Shown: positions 17,894 through 28,604, counted from the first letter of the stretch. The stretch: DNA of 63,014 nt from Bacilli bacterium (GCA_017447725.1 JAFSMX010000018.1:1-63014); one strand, 5' to 3'. Made by a program: numbers and translations. Notes: generated from the letters alone by a model not told the origin.

Positions 17894-19423
17894 TTATAGC
17901 TCCTTACTTGATAGAACTAGGAGTGTGTCTCCTGGAACATCAATTTCAATTGTTTTCCTTAGTGAAGCATCAATGACTTCATTGTATTTAACAAAACCAT
18001 CTTGACCGAGTTCAAGGTCATCTTGGTTATATAGATAAACATAAGTTTTACCTGAATCATTAAATTCTTGGTCTATTGTAAATGTGCGATGAACTGGTTT
18101 AGCACCGCGATTAACTGCGGCAACACCCGCATATGAGTTATCTGGTCCGATCACACCAAGGCTTCTAAAGTTCTTCTCGACGGATGGATCATTAAATCCA
18201 CTATCAATGATTTTAGAGCCTCTTCTCATGAGGTTAGTCAGAAGTGTGGAAGAATGGAACCATGGACGAATCTTTTGTTTGACTGCACTATCCGTTCCTA
18301 AGGAAGAGAACATTCCCCATCCTTTGGATGTCATTGTGCCATCATCATGGTACATAAAGTGCATCGCATCATCAAAATCCCAGTAAACAACTGATGTCAC
18401 ACCTGCTAAAGCACTTTGAATGGTGTAATCCGCCATACGTAAACCGTAGGAGAAATTCATAATGTAACCATTACTATCAGCGACGGGATCTTTACCATCA
18501 AGAAGACCAGCTTCCCAGATGTGTGGACGACGGGAAACACCAAGTTCTCCATCATATCCTTTAATCTTGTCATACATTCCTTTAATGGTTGGACCAAGTG
18601 TTCCTAGGTCAATCATTCGATTTGGCGCATAGACGTGGAAGCCATAGTCTCCAACAGCTTGTCTAAGTTCAGCGTTTTGGGAGATGCCAGAGAAGTATTC
18701 ATCTGTTCCTTCAAAGTTTGTGGTGTCTCCACCAACAATGCCAATTTTGTTTAATCCACGTGCATCTAAAGCTGCACGTACGTTTTTGACGCCTTTTGAC
18801 CAGATTGCAAACGTATTGTTATAGTTTTTAGATTTGCCCGGTAAACCAGTGTAGTTTGGTTCATTTGAATTAACAAAGTACTTGATACTACGAATTCCTT
18901 GAACTTTAACAAGATATTCAAGAATATCCGCGGTCATTTTGGCCCAGCGAATGTCGCTTGTCACCTCAGTGAACATGTCATATTCATCAATCTCAACATG
19001 ACCTGGAACATTCCAGCAACCAAAGGCGACATCAATTTGATGTTCGTCACAATATCGAAGAATATCAATCGTGTTATCCATTAATTTATTGGAAAAGTTA
19101 TAATCCCAAGTATCGTTGTCTTTATCGTAGTCACCATGATCATCGGCATTAGTGATGAACCAGTCATAGTTGAGCATGACTCGAGCAACCTGTGGATTAA
19201 GGCGATCCATAATTCTTAAAGATCTCTCCCAAGAACCACTGGAAAGTTTATCTGGAGCTTCATATGTGCCCCATTCGACACCTAATCCATCAAAGTGCTC
19301 AATAACAACATTATCTTTATTGAAGACTAACTCTTCTAGCGAGCCTTTTTTACTACAGCTCGCTACCCCAATAATACAAGGGGTAAGCATGGATAACGTG
19401 AGAAACTTACGACCCTTTTTCAT
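17894..19423 (-). CDS. Lipoprotein glycoside hydrolase, clan GH-A (GH5/GH30-like TIM barrel), candidate extracellular endo-glycanase
   Basis: Lipobox GVASC. FVNSNEPNY is a NEP acid/base-type motif, and HIWEAG is a candidate nucleophile strand. Confidence 0.5.
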   Translation of the reverse strand: MKKGRKFLTLSMLTPCIIGVASCSKKGSLEELVFNKDNVVIEHFDGLGVEWGTYEAPDKLSSGSWERSLRIMDRLNPQVARVMLNYDWFITNADDHGDYDKDNDTWDYNFSNKLMDNTIDILRYCDEHQIDVAFGCWNVPGHVEIDEYDMFTEVTSDIRWAKMTADILEYLVKVQGIRSIKYFVNSNEPNYTGLPGKSKNYNNTFAIWSKGVKNVRAALDARGLNKIGIVGGDTTNFEGTDEYFSGISQNAELRQAVGDYGFHVYAPNRMIDLGTLGPTIKGMYDKIKGYDGELGVSRRPHIWEAGLLDGKDPVADSNGYIMNFSYGLRMADYTIQSALAGVTSVVYWDFDDAMHFMYHDDGTMTSKGWGMFSSLGTDSAVKQKIRPWFHSSTLLTNLMRRGSKIIDSGFNDPSVEKNFRSLGVIGPDNSYAGVAAVNRGAKPVHRTFTIDQEFNDSGKTYVYLYNQDDLELGQDGFVKYNEVIDASLRKTIEIDVPGDTLLVLSSKEL

Positions 19424-19426
19424 AAT

Positions 19427-21049
19427 TTAAAATCCTAATCTTTGATTAATTTCAGCTAAGACATCGCCCCAAACAGAAGAGAACTTCGCTAAATACTCTG
19501 GTTGAGTTTTAATCGAATCAAAGCAATACTTTAAGACGTATGTATTTGCGTCATCAAGCATGCTCTTTGTTTCTTCATTTTTCATTGGAGCAGACATCCA
19601 CATGATGTCACTTGGTTCTTCGACATAACGAATTTTGTGAGCTTCATTAGCCGCTTTCATATCGTTTTGGAACTTCGACCAAGTTTCATATGTATGTGTA
19701 CGGTCACAAAGAGTGTATGGATCATAAGAAGCAGTTTCGTTTCCTAAACAAACCATCTTACGAAGCATCTTTGCTCCGTTAATTTTCTTAATGTATTCTC
19801 CGTATTGATCTTTTTCCCATCCACGGGATGAGAGAACGATTTGACCATCGACAATGTCGTAGTCATATCCTTGTTCACCATAGATCGCAAGTCTTGTACC
19901 TTCTTCACTTAATAGATAATCCATTAAGCTAAGGATTTTCTCCATCTTGGTATCAGAGATATCGTAGTTAAATAAAGTCATCGAGAACCAGTTTTCCATT
20001 CCTTCAATCGAATACTTATCGTCTCTTTTGACCTTCATAATCGCGGTGGCTTTATCAATCTTGTCTAAAACCTTTGGATACATTTCCACACGTAATTTCT
20101 TATAGTTTTCAAAACTGAAGTTATCGTAGTAGATCGCAGCTTGGTCTGATTTATAGTATCCAGTAGCAGTATTAGCAGCAAAGTTGAATTGGTCTTGTGA
20201 GTAGTACTTCTTATTAATGACTAAGTCACGTCCGTACTCTAAACCTTGAAGATAGTTTGGAGCAGTAAAAGCATTGATTGCTCTTCCTGAACTATCTTTT
20301 GTGTAACAGTGTGGAGCATCTTTATAGAAGTTAGCCACACTTGGGAATCCCCAGTATTCATCAACAAGGACACATTGTTTTGTACCAACACCTTGTGGTT
20401 CAGCAGCAAAAGCATCCATAATCTTTTGGAATTCTTCGAATGTATATTCGTCATTATCGTGGGTTAATGGATAGCCTGGTTGACCGACGTGGTTAGCGTC
20501 AATTTGTTCTAACCAGTCCCGACGATAAACATAAATCATATCGGAGTATGTTTTGTCATAGTTTACTAAATCTCTCATGACTGGAATACCATACAGGTGT
20601 CCATCAATTTTGAGCTTATCAATATTTGATATATGCGAAATCATGTTTTCTAGATTCGGCCATCTAGATAAATCATCTGGAATTTGTTTAACAATCATTT
20701 GGTCAACCCATGTTTCATAAGCGGCACCAAAGTTATAGTCACGAAGATCAAAGTGGATGACATCGCCGATGTTATCACCATTAATCGCAGTGTAAACATC
20801 ACCATCCCAGTCATCATAACTATAGTTACTCGCTTGGACAGAGATACCGAATTTATTGTTTAAGATTTCGGTGTAGTTATCTTCTAATCCGTTATATCCT
20901 TCCCAATAAACGTTTTTGAGATTAAGAATTAGTCGACCAGAATCGTCGTATTCATCCTCTCCGGATTTTTTACCACAGCCAGCAAGTGTGCAAACGGCGA
21001 CTAAGGCCGCGGTGCATAAGCCTAATCCAAATTTTGTCTTTTTCATCAA
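19427..21049 (-). CDS. Extracellular solute-binding lipoprotein of a carbohydrate ABC transporter (large family-1 type)
   Basis: Lipobox LAGC, 540 aa, immediately upstream of two permease genes. Confidence 0.8.
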   Translation of the reverse strand: MMKKTKFGLGLCTAALVAVCTLAGCGKKSGEDEYDDSGRLILNLKNVYWEGYNGLEDNYTEILNNKFGISVQASNYSYDDWDGDVYTAINGDNIGDVIHFDLRDYNFGAAYETWVDQMIVKQIPDDLSRWPNLENMISHISNIDKLKIDGHLYGIPVMRDLVNYDKTYSDMIYVYRRDWLEQIDANHVGQPGYPLTHDNDEYTFEEFQKIMDAFAAEPQGVGTKQCVLVDEYWGFPSVANFYKDAPHCYTKDSSGRAINAFTAPNYLQGLEYGRDLVINKKYYSQDQFNFAANTATGYYKSDQAAIYYDNFSFENYKKLRVEMYPKVLDKIDKATAIMKVKRDDKYSIEGMENWFSMTLFNYDISDTKMEKILSLMDYLLSEEGTRLAIYGEQGYDYDIVDGQIVLSSRGWEKDQYGEYIKKINGAKMLRKMVCLGNETASYDPYTLCDRTHTYETWSKFQNDMKAANEAHKIRYVEEPSDIMWMSAPMKNEETKSMLDDANTYVLKYCFDSIKTQPEYLAKFSSVWGDVLAEINQRLGF

Positions 21050-21067
21050 TGATTTCCTCCTTTGGGA

Positions 21068-21976
21068 TTATCCTTTAATAGCTCCGACAACAATACCTTT
21101 CACAAAGAATCTTTGTAAGAAAGGATAAAAGCTCATCATTGGCACAATCGTAAAGAAGATTGATGCCATAATTAAACCTTCCGAGAATCCTTCGATATCT
21201 AAGCCTTCAATTGATTTGGCGTTTGCTTTAGCAATCATCGTTCTTAGGACTTGTTGAAGTGGCCAGATATCGGATTTATCCGGAATAAATAACATCGCGT
21301 TATACCAGGAGTTCCAGTTACCAACCGCGAAGAATAAGCCAATGGTCGCTAGCATTGGAAGAGAAAGTGGTAGGAAGATTTTCACAAAGATGGTCACATC
21401 GTTTGCACCATCAATCTTGGCACTTTCTTCCATCTCCGCTGGTAGGGAAGCAAAGTAGTTACGCATGAGTAACATATTAAATGTATCAATCGCGCCTGGG
21501 ATGATCATTACCCAAATCGTGTTCATCATTCCGAGATCGCGGATTAAGTAATAGTAAGGAACCATTCCACCACCAAAGAACATTGTGACAATAATGAGGT
21601 TCATCACAAGATTCTTTCCAGTCCACTTGTTACGGCTTAAAGCGTAACCAGTAATAACTGTAAAGAAGAGTTGATAGAAGGTACCAAAAACAAGAAGAAT
21701 CATCGTGATTCCAAAGCCGGACCACAACTGATTATTCGTAAAGACTGATTTATATGCGCTAAAATCCAGGTCATTTGTCCATAAAAGAAGATCACTACGT
21801 AAATAAGCGTCTTCAGTCGAAATTGAGATCACAAAGGCGTTCCAAAATGGGAAGACAATTAGTAAAGCATAGATGGCTAAGATGACAAAAATAATGATGT
21901 CCAAGCCTTGGATACGACTTGAATTTGGTCTAGTACGACGGGCTAAAGGAAGACGTTCTAATTGATGTTTCTTCAT
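21068..21976 (-). CDS. Carbohydrate ABC transporter permease (LplC/YtcP-like)
   Basis: Six TM helices and an EAA-like loop AKIDGANDVTIFVKIFLP. Confidence 0.85.
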   Translation of the reverse strand: MKKHQLERLPLARRTRPNSSRIQGLDIIIFVILAIYALLIVFPFWNAFVISISTEDAYLRSDLLLWTNDLDFSAYKSVFTNNQLWSGFGITMILLVFGTFYQLFFTVITGYALSRNKWTGKNLVMNLIIVTMFFGGGMVPYYYLIRDLGMMNTIWVMIIPGAIDTFNMLLMRNYFASLPAEMEESAKIDGANDVTIFVKIFLPLSLPMLATIGLFFAVGNWNSWYNAMLFIPDKSDIWPLQQVLRTMIAKANAKSIEGLDIEGFSEGLIMASIFFTIVPMMSFYPFLQRFFVKGIVVGAIKG

Positions 21977-21978
21977 AA

Positions 21979-22920
21979 CTAGATAATTCCCCTTTCACCA
22001 CAAAGTTTCGCGATTCGATCAACGATAATAACTAACGTGAAACCAATCACGGATTTAAATAGACCGATGGCGGTACCTACACCAGCGCCATCGGTACCTT
22101 TAATCGCGTGATAGTAAATATATGTATCAATGATATTGACGTCCTCTCTTACAAGCGGGTTAGCAATGTTTAAGATTTGGTCAAAGCCAGCAGATAAAAC
22201 ACCACCAACAGACATAATTAATAATAGAATTGCCGTAGCTTTTATACCTGGTAGAGTAATGTGCCAGATCTTTTGTAGACGCGTTGCGCCATCAATATCT
22301 GCAGCTTCATACTGGTCTTGCGGAATACCAGCCATTGTTGCTAGATAAATAATCGAACCCCATCCAGCTTCCTTCCAAATATCGGAAGCAAAGATTAAGC
22401 CAAAGTTAAATCCGACATCTTTTAAGAAGTTGCTTCGATCCCCACCAAACGAGGCAATAATGGAGTTTACAGCACCATTATACGAGAAGAGGGAGAAGAT
22501 AAAACCTGAAACAACAACCCAGCTTAAGAAGTGTGGGAAGGTAACAATAGTTTGAATAACTTTTTTCGATCGTCTCATTCTTAATTCGTTAAGAAGAAGA
22601 GCAACAGTTACTGCAGCAACAAAGGATAAAACAATCTTAATTGAACCAATGATGACGGTATTTTGAAAAGCCTGCCAAAACTCCGGTTTACGGAAAACTT
22701 TTGTGAAGTTATCAACCCCATTCCATGGCGAACCAATAATACCAAGTTTTGGTTTATAGTTCTTAAACGCCATCAGAATTCCATACATTGGAACATAGTT
22801 GAAAATAATATAGAAAACGATTGCAGGTAAAATCATCAAAAGTAAGTACTTGGATTTCCAGAACTTAACTTTGAAGCCTCTGAAGAATGAATTTCTTTTT
22901 GCAATCGTGGTTAATTCCAT
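21979..22920 (-). CDS. Carbohydrate ABC transporter permease (LplB/YteP-like)
   Basis: EAA loop AADIDGATRLQKIWHITLPGI, polytopic. Confidence 0.85.
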   Translation of the reverse strand: MELTTIAKRNSFFRGFKVKFWKSKYLLLMILPAIVFYIIFNYVPMYGILMAFKNYKPKLGIIGSPWNGVDNFTKVFRKPEFWQAFQNTVIIGSIKIVLSFVAAVTVALLLNELRMRRSKKVIQTIVTFPHFLSWVVVSGFIFSLFSYNGAVNSIIASFGGDRSNFLKDVGFNFGLIFASDIWKEAGWGSIIYLATMAGIPQDQYEAADIDGATRLQKIWHITLPGIKATAILLLIMSVGGVLSAGFDQILNIANPLVREDVNIIDTYIYYHAIKGTDGAGVGTAIGLFKSVIGFTLVIIVDRIAKLCGERGII

Positions 22921-22926
22921 TTTTTC

Positions 22927-23910
22927 CTATCTCTCGTATTTCAAAATGTAATCAATAACAGTATCAATATCAGTAAACAGAATTTCTGTTACTGTATCTG
23001 CGCCTCCGGCGTAGATGGCAATTCGACCTGTTTTGGCATCAGCTAAGCATGAAACTGGGAATAAGACATTTGGAACGTATCCACAAGTTTCATATGGTTT
23101 TTCCGGTGCAAGCAAGAAGTTTGAACATCTATGGAGGACTTTACTTGGATTATCACGGTCTAAGATCGCTGCGCCAATGGAGTAGACAAGTCCACTACAA
23201 GTCAGGTTTGCACCATGGAAGAAGAGGAGCCAACCTAAATCAGTTTCAATTGGTACTGGTCCTGCACCAACTTTAGTGCCGCACCACCACTCATAACCTC
23301 TTTCAAGGACATGACGATGTTTACCCCAGTATTCGAGGTCTTTTGATGATGACATAAAGATGTCACCAAATTTTGTATGACCATCGTCACTTGGACGAGA
23401 AAGCATGAGATATTCTCCATTCACCTTACGTGGGAATAAGACTCCGTTACGGTTATATGGAAGGAATGGTTGATCAAGAAGTTCAAAATATTTGAAGTCT
23501 TTGGTTTTTCCAATTCCAAGAGTTGGTCCATGATTTGAGGTACAGAAGATAACATAGTATTCACCTTCCAACTCTAATAGTCTTGGATCATAAGCGTATT
23601 CAAGTTTGATTTCTTTTCCATCTTTGTCATGGAACATGATTGGTTCCTTTTCAAACTCAAACTTCAATCCGTCTTTTGAGCGGCCTAAAAAGAGGAATGG
23701 TATTCCGTTCTTAGTATCAGCTCTAAACACGCCAATAAAGGCGTTTTGATATGGAATAACAGAACTATTGAAGACGCGGGAGGCGTTTTCAAAAGGATTC
23801 ATTTCGATAATTGGGTTTTTTGAGTATCTCCAAATAGGAGCAGTACAACCACTTGGTCGAGATTCATATGGGATGTTAGGTAATTCTTTACCATAGATTT
23901 GATGTTTCAT
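22927..23910 (-). CDS. GH130 glycoside phosphorylase (mannosylglucose phosphorylase-like, GH130_1-type)
   Basis: NSSVIPY...GVFR, YDPRL, LPYNRNGVLFPRKV, SRPSDDGHTKFGDIF and IYAGGADT blocks, typical of 4-O-beta-mannosyl-glucose phosphorylases. Confidence 0.7.
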   Translation of the reverse strand: MKHQIYGKELPNIPYESRPSGCTAPIWRYSKNPIIEMNPFENASRVFNSSVIPYQNAFIGVFRADTKNGIPFLFLGRSKDGLKFEFEKEPIMFHDKDGKEIKLEYAYDPRLLELEGEYYVIFCTSNHGPTLGIGKTKDFKYFELLDQPFLPYNRNGVLFPRKVNGEYLMLSRPSDDGHTKFGDIFMSSSKDLEYWGKHRHVLERGYEWWCGTKVGAGPVPIETDLGWLLFFHGANLTCSGLVYSIGAAILDRDNPSKVLHRCSNFLLAPEKPYETCGYVPNVLFPVSCLADAKTGRIAIYAGGADTVTEILFTDIDTVIDYILKYER

Positions 23911-23914
23911 ATTT

Positions 23915-24922
23915 TTAAGCTCCTATTTTTCGGTTGGAGTTTCTCTCGATGTAGTCACATTGGACAACAACTTGGGATAACTTGATACGGTTGTACTTGA
24001 GTACGTTAGTGACGTATCGAGCGACTTCTTCTCCGAGTTGTTGACGTGGGATATTAAACGTCGAGAGAGCAGGAGTCATTAATTCACCGGCTTTGATATT
24101 GTCAAATCCGATTATCGAAATGTCCTTTGGAACAACTCTACCAAGACGGTAGATGGTCTTGATGGCGTTGACCGCGATGATGTCGTTAGCACAGACAATC
24201 GCGGTGATTGGTTTTTTTGTTAACGCATTTGTTAACATCGTCTCATCTGCGAAATTCTTATTCTTATTATCAAAGATTAATGAGTAGGATTGGACTTGAC
24301 CCTTATGGGCTTCCATACAAGCCATAAATCCTTCATGTCTTTCTCTAAATGATGTGGAATGAGAATCACTTCCATAGAAGGCAATGTTTTTATGACCTTG
24401 TTCAATTAATCTTTGCGTTGCGGTATAAGTTGAATCGTAGTTAGAGAATTTAAATTGGGTGGCTTCACTATAGAAGTTCTTTGGATCAACGACGACAATT
24501 GGTTTGTTCTTTGTCAAAAGGATGTCCATTATTTCTTTAATTGTCACGTGCATCACAATGAACGCTCCACAAGTGGAGTCTTTCAGTTTCTTTAAGAGAT
24601 TAGAATCAACATTATCTTCATCAAAAACCATGTATTCGACGATGAGATTTTGTCTTGATAGTGTCGAAGAGATGGAAGTGATGATTGGTTGCCAGAAGTC
24701 TTCTTTAAAAAGAATTCGAGTTGATGTCACAAGAAGAACGTGAGATAAATTTGATTTTGAATTACGTAATCTTTTTGTGTCATAACCAAGCTCTGTGGCT
24801 TTACGAATGATTTTTTCTCGTGTTTGATCGCTGACATTGTTTTTACCAGCTAAAGCACGAGAAACTAATCCCTTTGTGACACCACATTCTTTGGCAATTA
24901 GTTCTAATGTTGGTTTTCCCAT
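23915..24922 (-). CDS. LacI-family transcriptional regulator
   Basis: N-terminal HTH TLELIAKECGVTKGLVSRALAG followed by a periplasmic-binding-fold body. Confidence 0.9.
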   Translation of the reverse strand: MGKPTLELIAKECGVTKGLVSRALAGKNNVSDQTREKIIRKATELGYDTKRLRNSKSNLSHVLLVTSTRILFKEDFWQPIITSISSTLSRQNLIVEYMVFDEDNVDSNLLKKLKDSTCGAFIVMHVTIKEIMDILLTKNKPIVVVDPKNFYSEATQFKFSNYDSTYTATQRLIEQGHKNIAFYGSDSHSTSFRERHEGFMACMEAHKGQVQSYSLIFDNKNKNFADETMLTNALTKKPITAIVCANDIIAVNAIKTIYRLGRVVPKDISIIGFDNIKAGELMTPALSTFNIPRQQLGEEVARYVTNVLKYNRIKLSQVVVQCDYIERNSNRKIGA

Positions 24923-24983
24923 TTTCTTATAACGACCTCAGGAGGGGAAGATAGACTCCCCCTCCATTGGTCAGTTTGTTTAA

Positions 24984-27900
24984 TTAGAATACTGCAATGT
25001 TATCAAATGATAAGTAAGGACTGACGTCTGTGTTAGTGCCTTCTTTAAACACTGCAATTTGGAAATTGTAGATTGTTGCATCTGTGCCAAGGGAGATGTA
25101 TGTCCATTGACCATGTTTTGCAACACGAGCATTTGCTGTTAGTTCAGCATTACTAGTTAAACCAGCGCCCTTGTAAATCCAGATACGTAAATTAATATCG
25201 GTTTCTCCTGGATTGTAGACCCAGAAGTGGACATTCTTCACTGCTTTAGCTGGATCAAAGTCTGATGCAAAACAGTGAGCAATCTTGTAAGATGCATGGG
25301 CTTTACGTTTCATTGAACCAGTACCAGAAACAAATTCTGTAGTGTTACTTGTGAAACGATCAGCATTGCCTGTATCAACTTGCCATCCGGAACCAGCGTC
25401 ATAACGACGTTTGAACATCGCTTGAAGTTCGGATGTTGAACCATCGCATTCCCACATTGGGACAAAGTCGGCTTCAATGTGTCCATTGTCTGGAACACCA
25501 GCGGAAATTGTTCCACCGAATGCGATGTTTATAAGCTTATCGGTTGCTGGGTCATATGTTGCGGTAATCGTACCGTAAGTATATGAACTAAATGAACCAG
25601 TAGTAGCAATGGAGATTTCCTTTGTACCGCTTGTCCAAACAACACCAGTTGCTACAGCATCGGAGTTATCGATACGAACGGCAACTAAGCCATTAGCTTC
25701 ATTTCCCAATGCAATTACAATGGTGTGATCTGCACCGCCCATACTAGCAACTGCTTTATATGTGCCTTCTGGATAGCTCTTTAATGGAGCTGTTACAGTA
25801 ACATCACATGTATCAGTAAAGCCACCATCGACTGTTGTAGCAGTAATAGTAGCATTACCAGCAGCAACAGCGGTGACAACACCAGCAGAACTAACTGTTG
25901 CAACTGCTGGATTATCGGATGACCAAGTAACATTCTTGTTATAGGCATCAACTGGTGCAACAGTAGCAGTTAATGTCGTTTGTTGACCTTTTTCAAGATT
26001 CACTGCATCTTCATCAAGAGTGACACCAGTAACTGGTTCTTTATATTCAGCATATGGGTCTGCTGTGTAGATTTCCACGTCATCAAGATGTAACCAAGAA
26101 GCCTTACCACATCTTTGTAACATTGCGAATCCATAATAGACACCATTTGGATCGAGGTCTAATTCGTAATGTGTCCAAGTTTGTGGAATAGTAGAGTTAA
26201 TTTCGTATCTCCTACAACTACTTGGTTGTGGTTCATAAATATCACCTTGAGTTGGATTATATTTTGATAAAGCATAGAAATATAGCTTATCCACAAGTGG
26301 TGTAGTAGCAGACTTCAACCAGAATGATAACTTAGCACCACGATAGCGGTTTAAGTCACCATTACCTTTAAAGAGATTCCATTGTAAATAACGAGCGTTA
26401 TTACCAAAGCTCTGGAAAGCAAGATATTTACTTCCAGAATGGGCATTAGCATCGTTTTTGAGTTTAACTTGTTCACCGTTGCCCATTAACTTCCAATCGC
26501 CCTTGCCAAATGGTGATTGAACCCCAGAGGATCCTTGATAAATTTCCATAAAGTAGGCACCACGAGCACCGGATCTTGTATCTTCAGGGTGGCTTGCACT
26601 ATAACCAACACCATCAGCAGAGTAGCTTTCGGCGTCTTCGAGAACTTGAACAGCATTTAAGTTAAGTCCATCAAGAGCAGATAGTAATGCAGGTTGACTG
26701 CTACTAACAGAAACGTATTTAATCTTTTGTCCGTTATCTGTAATGCGACCTTCGTAATCAAGGAGGCCATCAACATAGGAATTAAAGACAAGACTATTTC
26801 CGTTAACGCTGTATTCACCTTGAATATCAACTGGGTCTGCAATATCAATAATTCGGAAATGTGCTTCTGTATTACTTGTAATATCAACACGAGCAACGTT
26901 ACCAGTGGTTGTATAACCTGTATAACGTGTATATGAACTCATTAAGTCATTAACTGTCACATCAGCAGAATCTGTTGTAACAAAGCTAACGGAGTCAATG
27001 TAAGTGGCAAATCTTTGTGGAGTACCAGTCGGGTATGCCACATAGATAATAAAGTCATCAAGCATTGTTGGAATAATTGCTGGATCAAGGCTGGTTAATC
27101 CACGTCCTGCAGCAATATCGGCAATGCTTCCGTATTCTTGATCCCAAATTTGCCATTGATCATGGGCAAATGGAATAACGACTTCGAACCATTCAGCTGT
27201 TTGAGCTGGAATAGCGTGTTTAAGGGTAATTCCAAGTGGAGTTCCCATCATATCTACTGTGAAGTTCATTATGAACTTTGGAGCAGCAGATTTAAGATCT
27301 GATGGAGTCATCATTTTGATCTTTACAGCGTTTGCATATCTTGCTGGTTGATCATTATCAAATGTTTTTCTGATACCAAAATCAAGACCATTACGGTATC
27401 CAAGGAAGCGAAGAGCTTGATCGCCTTCCATGGAGTTTTCAGAAATGTCAATTGGAGCGGTTGTTGGACCCCAACTACCATCCAATTTAACTGGTTCCCA
27501 ACCAGTATTATCATCGACTGGATGATCTTCGTCGTATGAAGCAAAGTTATCAACTACTTCTTCAACAGCGTATTCAATCCATTTAGCATTGATGTCTTTG
27601 TTTTCAGTGATTGGTTGACTTAAGTCAGCATCCCAACCATTGAAGACATAACGAGCTACTTCAGCATCTGGATCCTTTGTTGGATCGGTTGCTGGAGCGT
27701 TTACTGTTGAACCATAATTAACATTTTGGGTGTCATAAACATTGCCATCAACGAGGAAGCGAACAGTTAATTGTTCTGGAACTTCAGTAAATGTTGCTGT
27801 GTAAGTTGCTTCACCACTAACTTCAGCAATAGCCGGATCCCAACCACCATCCCATGAATAGGAGCAATGAGCACCAGCAGTTTTTGTTGGTGTTGATCCT

Positions 27901-28604
27901 GAATAAACAGGAGTTGCGCCATAATCGACTTGCTCAGTGGTAAGTTCGTTACCATCACCGTCTAAGAACGTAATGGCATACTTTCTTGTACTTTCTGTGA
28001 ATGTTGCTTGATAGTCAGCATTACCCGTAACTGGAGCAATAGCTGGAGACCAACCGCCATCCCATGCGTATACTTTCGATTCACTTGGGGTCTTAGTTGG
28101 ATCAGCGCCAACATATTCTGGTGTTGCACCATAGTCGAGTTTTTCACTAGACAACTCATTACCATCACCATCTAAGAATCGAACTGTGTACTTATTGGTT
28201 GTGGTAGAGAATACTGCTGTATAAACAGCGTTTGCAGTTGCCGCGACTGGAGTTGGGTTCCAATGGTCAAATGTGTAAGTGTATTGAGCATCTGAAGCCT
28301 TTGTTGGAACTGCGCCGTAGCTAGGAACTACGCCTGCAGCAACTTGTTCAACTTTGAGATTATTACCAAGATCATCTTTCCACGTAATTGTGTACTGAGT
28401 GACTGGTGGAGTCTCCGAAGATGAAGGAACAGGACTATGGGATGAGTCCTGTGAGGATGTAGGAGCCACACCGCTAGAAGATGGTGCGGGGGCAACACTG
28501 CTAGTTGGGGTTACAGACGTACCTGTACCAGACGTATCAGACTTCGTTCCGCAACCGCCAAGGAGCAGCATGAAAACTGGAAAAAATATCAGTGATTTTT
28601 TCAT
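24984..28604 (-). CDS. Giant lipoprotein: S/T/P linker, four Listeria-Bacteroides repeats, carbohydrate-binding-like modules, Big_2 domain
   Basis: Lipobox LLGGC. Four ~70-aa repeats of the pattern Y.V.FLDGDGNEL......DYGATP.Y......K.......Y.W.GGW.P lie at nt ~27570-28397. A Big_2-like block is VTWSSDNPAVATVSSAGVVTAVAAGNATITA. Confidence 0.75.
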   Translation of the reverse strand: MKKSLIFFPVFMLLLGGCGTKSDTSGTGTSVTPTSSVAPAPSSSGVAPTSSQDSSHSPVPSSSETPPVTQYTITWKDDLGNNLKVEQVAAGVVPSYGAVPTKASDAQYTYTFDHWNPTPVAATANAVYTAVFSTTTNKYTVRFLDGDGNELSSEKLDYGATPEYVGADPTKTPSESKVYAWDGGWSPAIAPVTGNADYQATFTESTRKYAITFLDGDGNELTTEQVDYGATPVYSGSTPTKTAGAHCSYSWDGGWDPAIAEVSGEATYTATFTEVPEQLTVRFLVDGNVYDTQNVNYGSTVNAPATDPTKDPDAEVARYVFNGWDADLSQPITENKDINAKWIEYAVEEVVDNFASYDEDHPVDDNTGWEPVKLDGSWGPTTAPIDISENSMEGDQALRFLGYRNGLDFGIRKTFDNDQPARYANAVKIKMMTPSDLKSAAPKFIMNFTVDMMGTPLGITLKHAIPAQTAEWFEVVIPFAHDQWQIWDQEYGSIADIAAGRGLTSLDPAIIPTMLDDFIIYVAYPTGTPQRFATYIDSVSFVTTDSADVTVNDLMSSYTRYTGYTTTGNVARVDITSNTEAHFRIIDIADPVDIQGEYSVNGNSLVFNSYVDGLLDYEGRITDNGQKIKYVSVSSSQPALLSALDGLNLNAVQVLEDAESYSADGVGYSASHPEDTRSGARGAYFMEIYQGSSGVQSPFGKGDWKLMGNGEQVKLKNDANAHSGSKYLAFQSFGNNARYLQWNLFKGNGDLNRYRGAKLSFWLKSATTPLVDKLYFYALSKYNPTQGDIYEPQPSSCRRYEINSTIPQTWTHYELDLDPNGVYYGFAMLQRCGKASWLHLDDVEIYTADPYAEYKEPVTGVTLDEDAVNLEKGQQTTLTATVAPVDAYNKNVTWSSDNPAVATVSSAGVVTAVAAGNATITATTVDGGFTDTCDVTVTAPLKSYPEGTYKAVASMGGADHTIVIALGNEANGLVAVRIDNSDAVATGVVWTSGTKEISIATTGSFSSYTYGTITATYDPATDKLINIAFGGTISAGVPDNGHIEADFVPMWECDGSTSELQAMFKRRYDAGSGWQVDTGNADRFTSNTTEFVSGTGSMKRKAHASYKIAHCFASDFDPAKAVKNVHFWVYNPGETDINLRIWIYKGAGLTSNAELTANARVAKHGQWTYISLGTDATIYNFQIAVFKEGTNTDVSPYLSFDNIAVF

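Noticed and set aside
24923-24983. The GC-rich hairpin ggaggggaagatagactccccctcc between the 1206-aa gene and lacI, considered as a strong terminator splitting the locus.
   Set aside because: The stem is good, but on the coding (minus) strand it is not followed by a U-tract. It may attenuate or stabilise the transcript, so I did not call it a terminator or infer separate operons from it.
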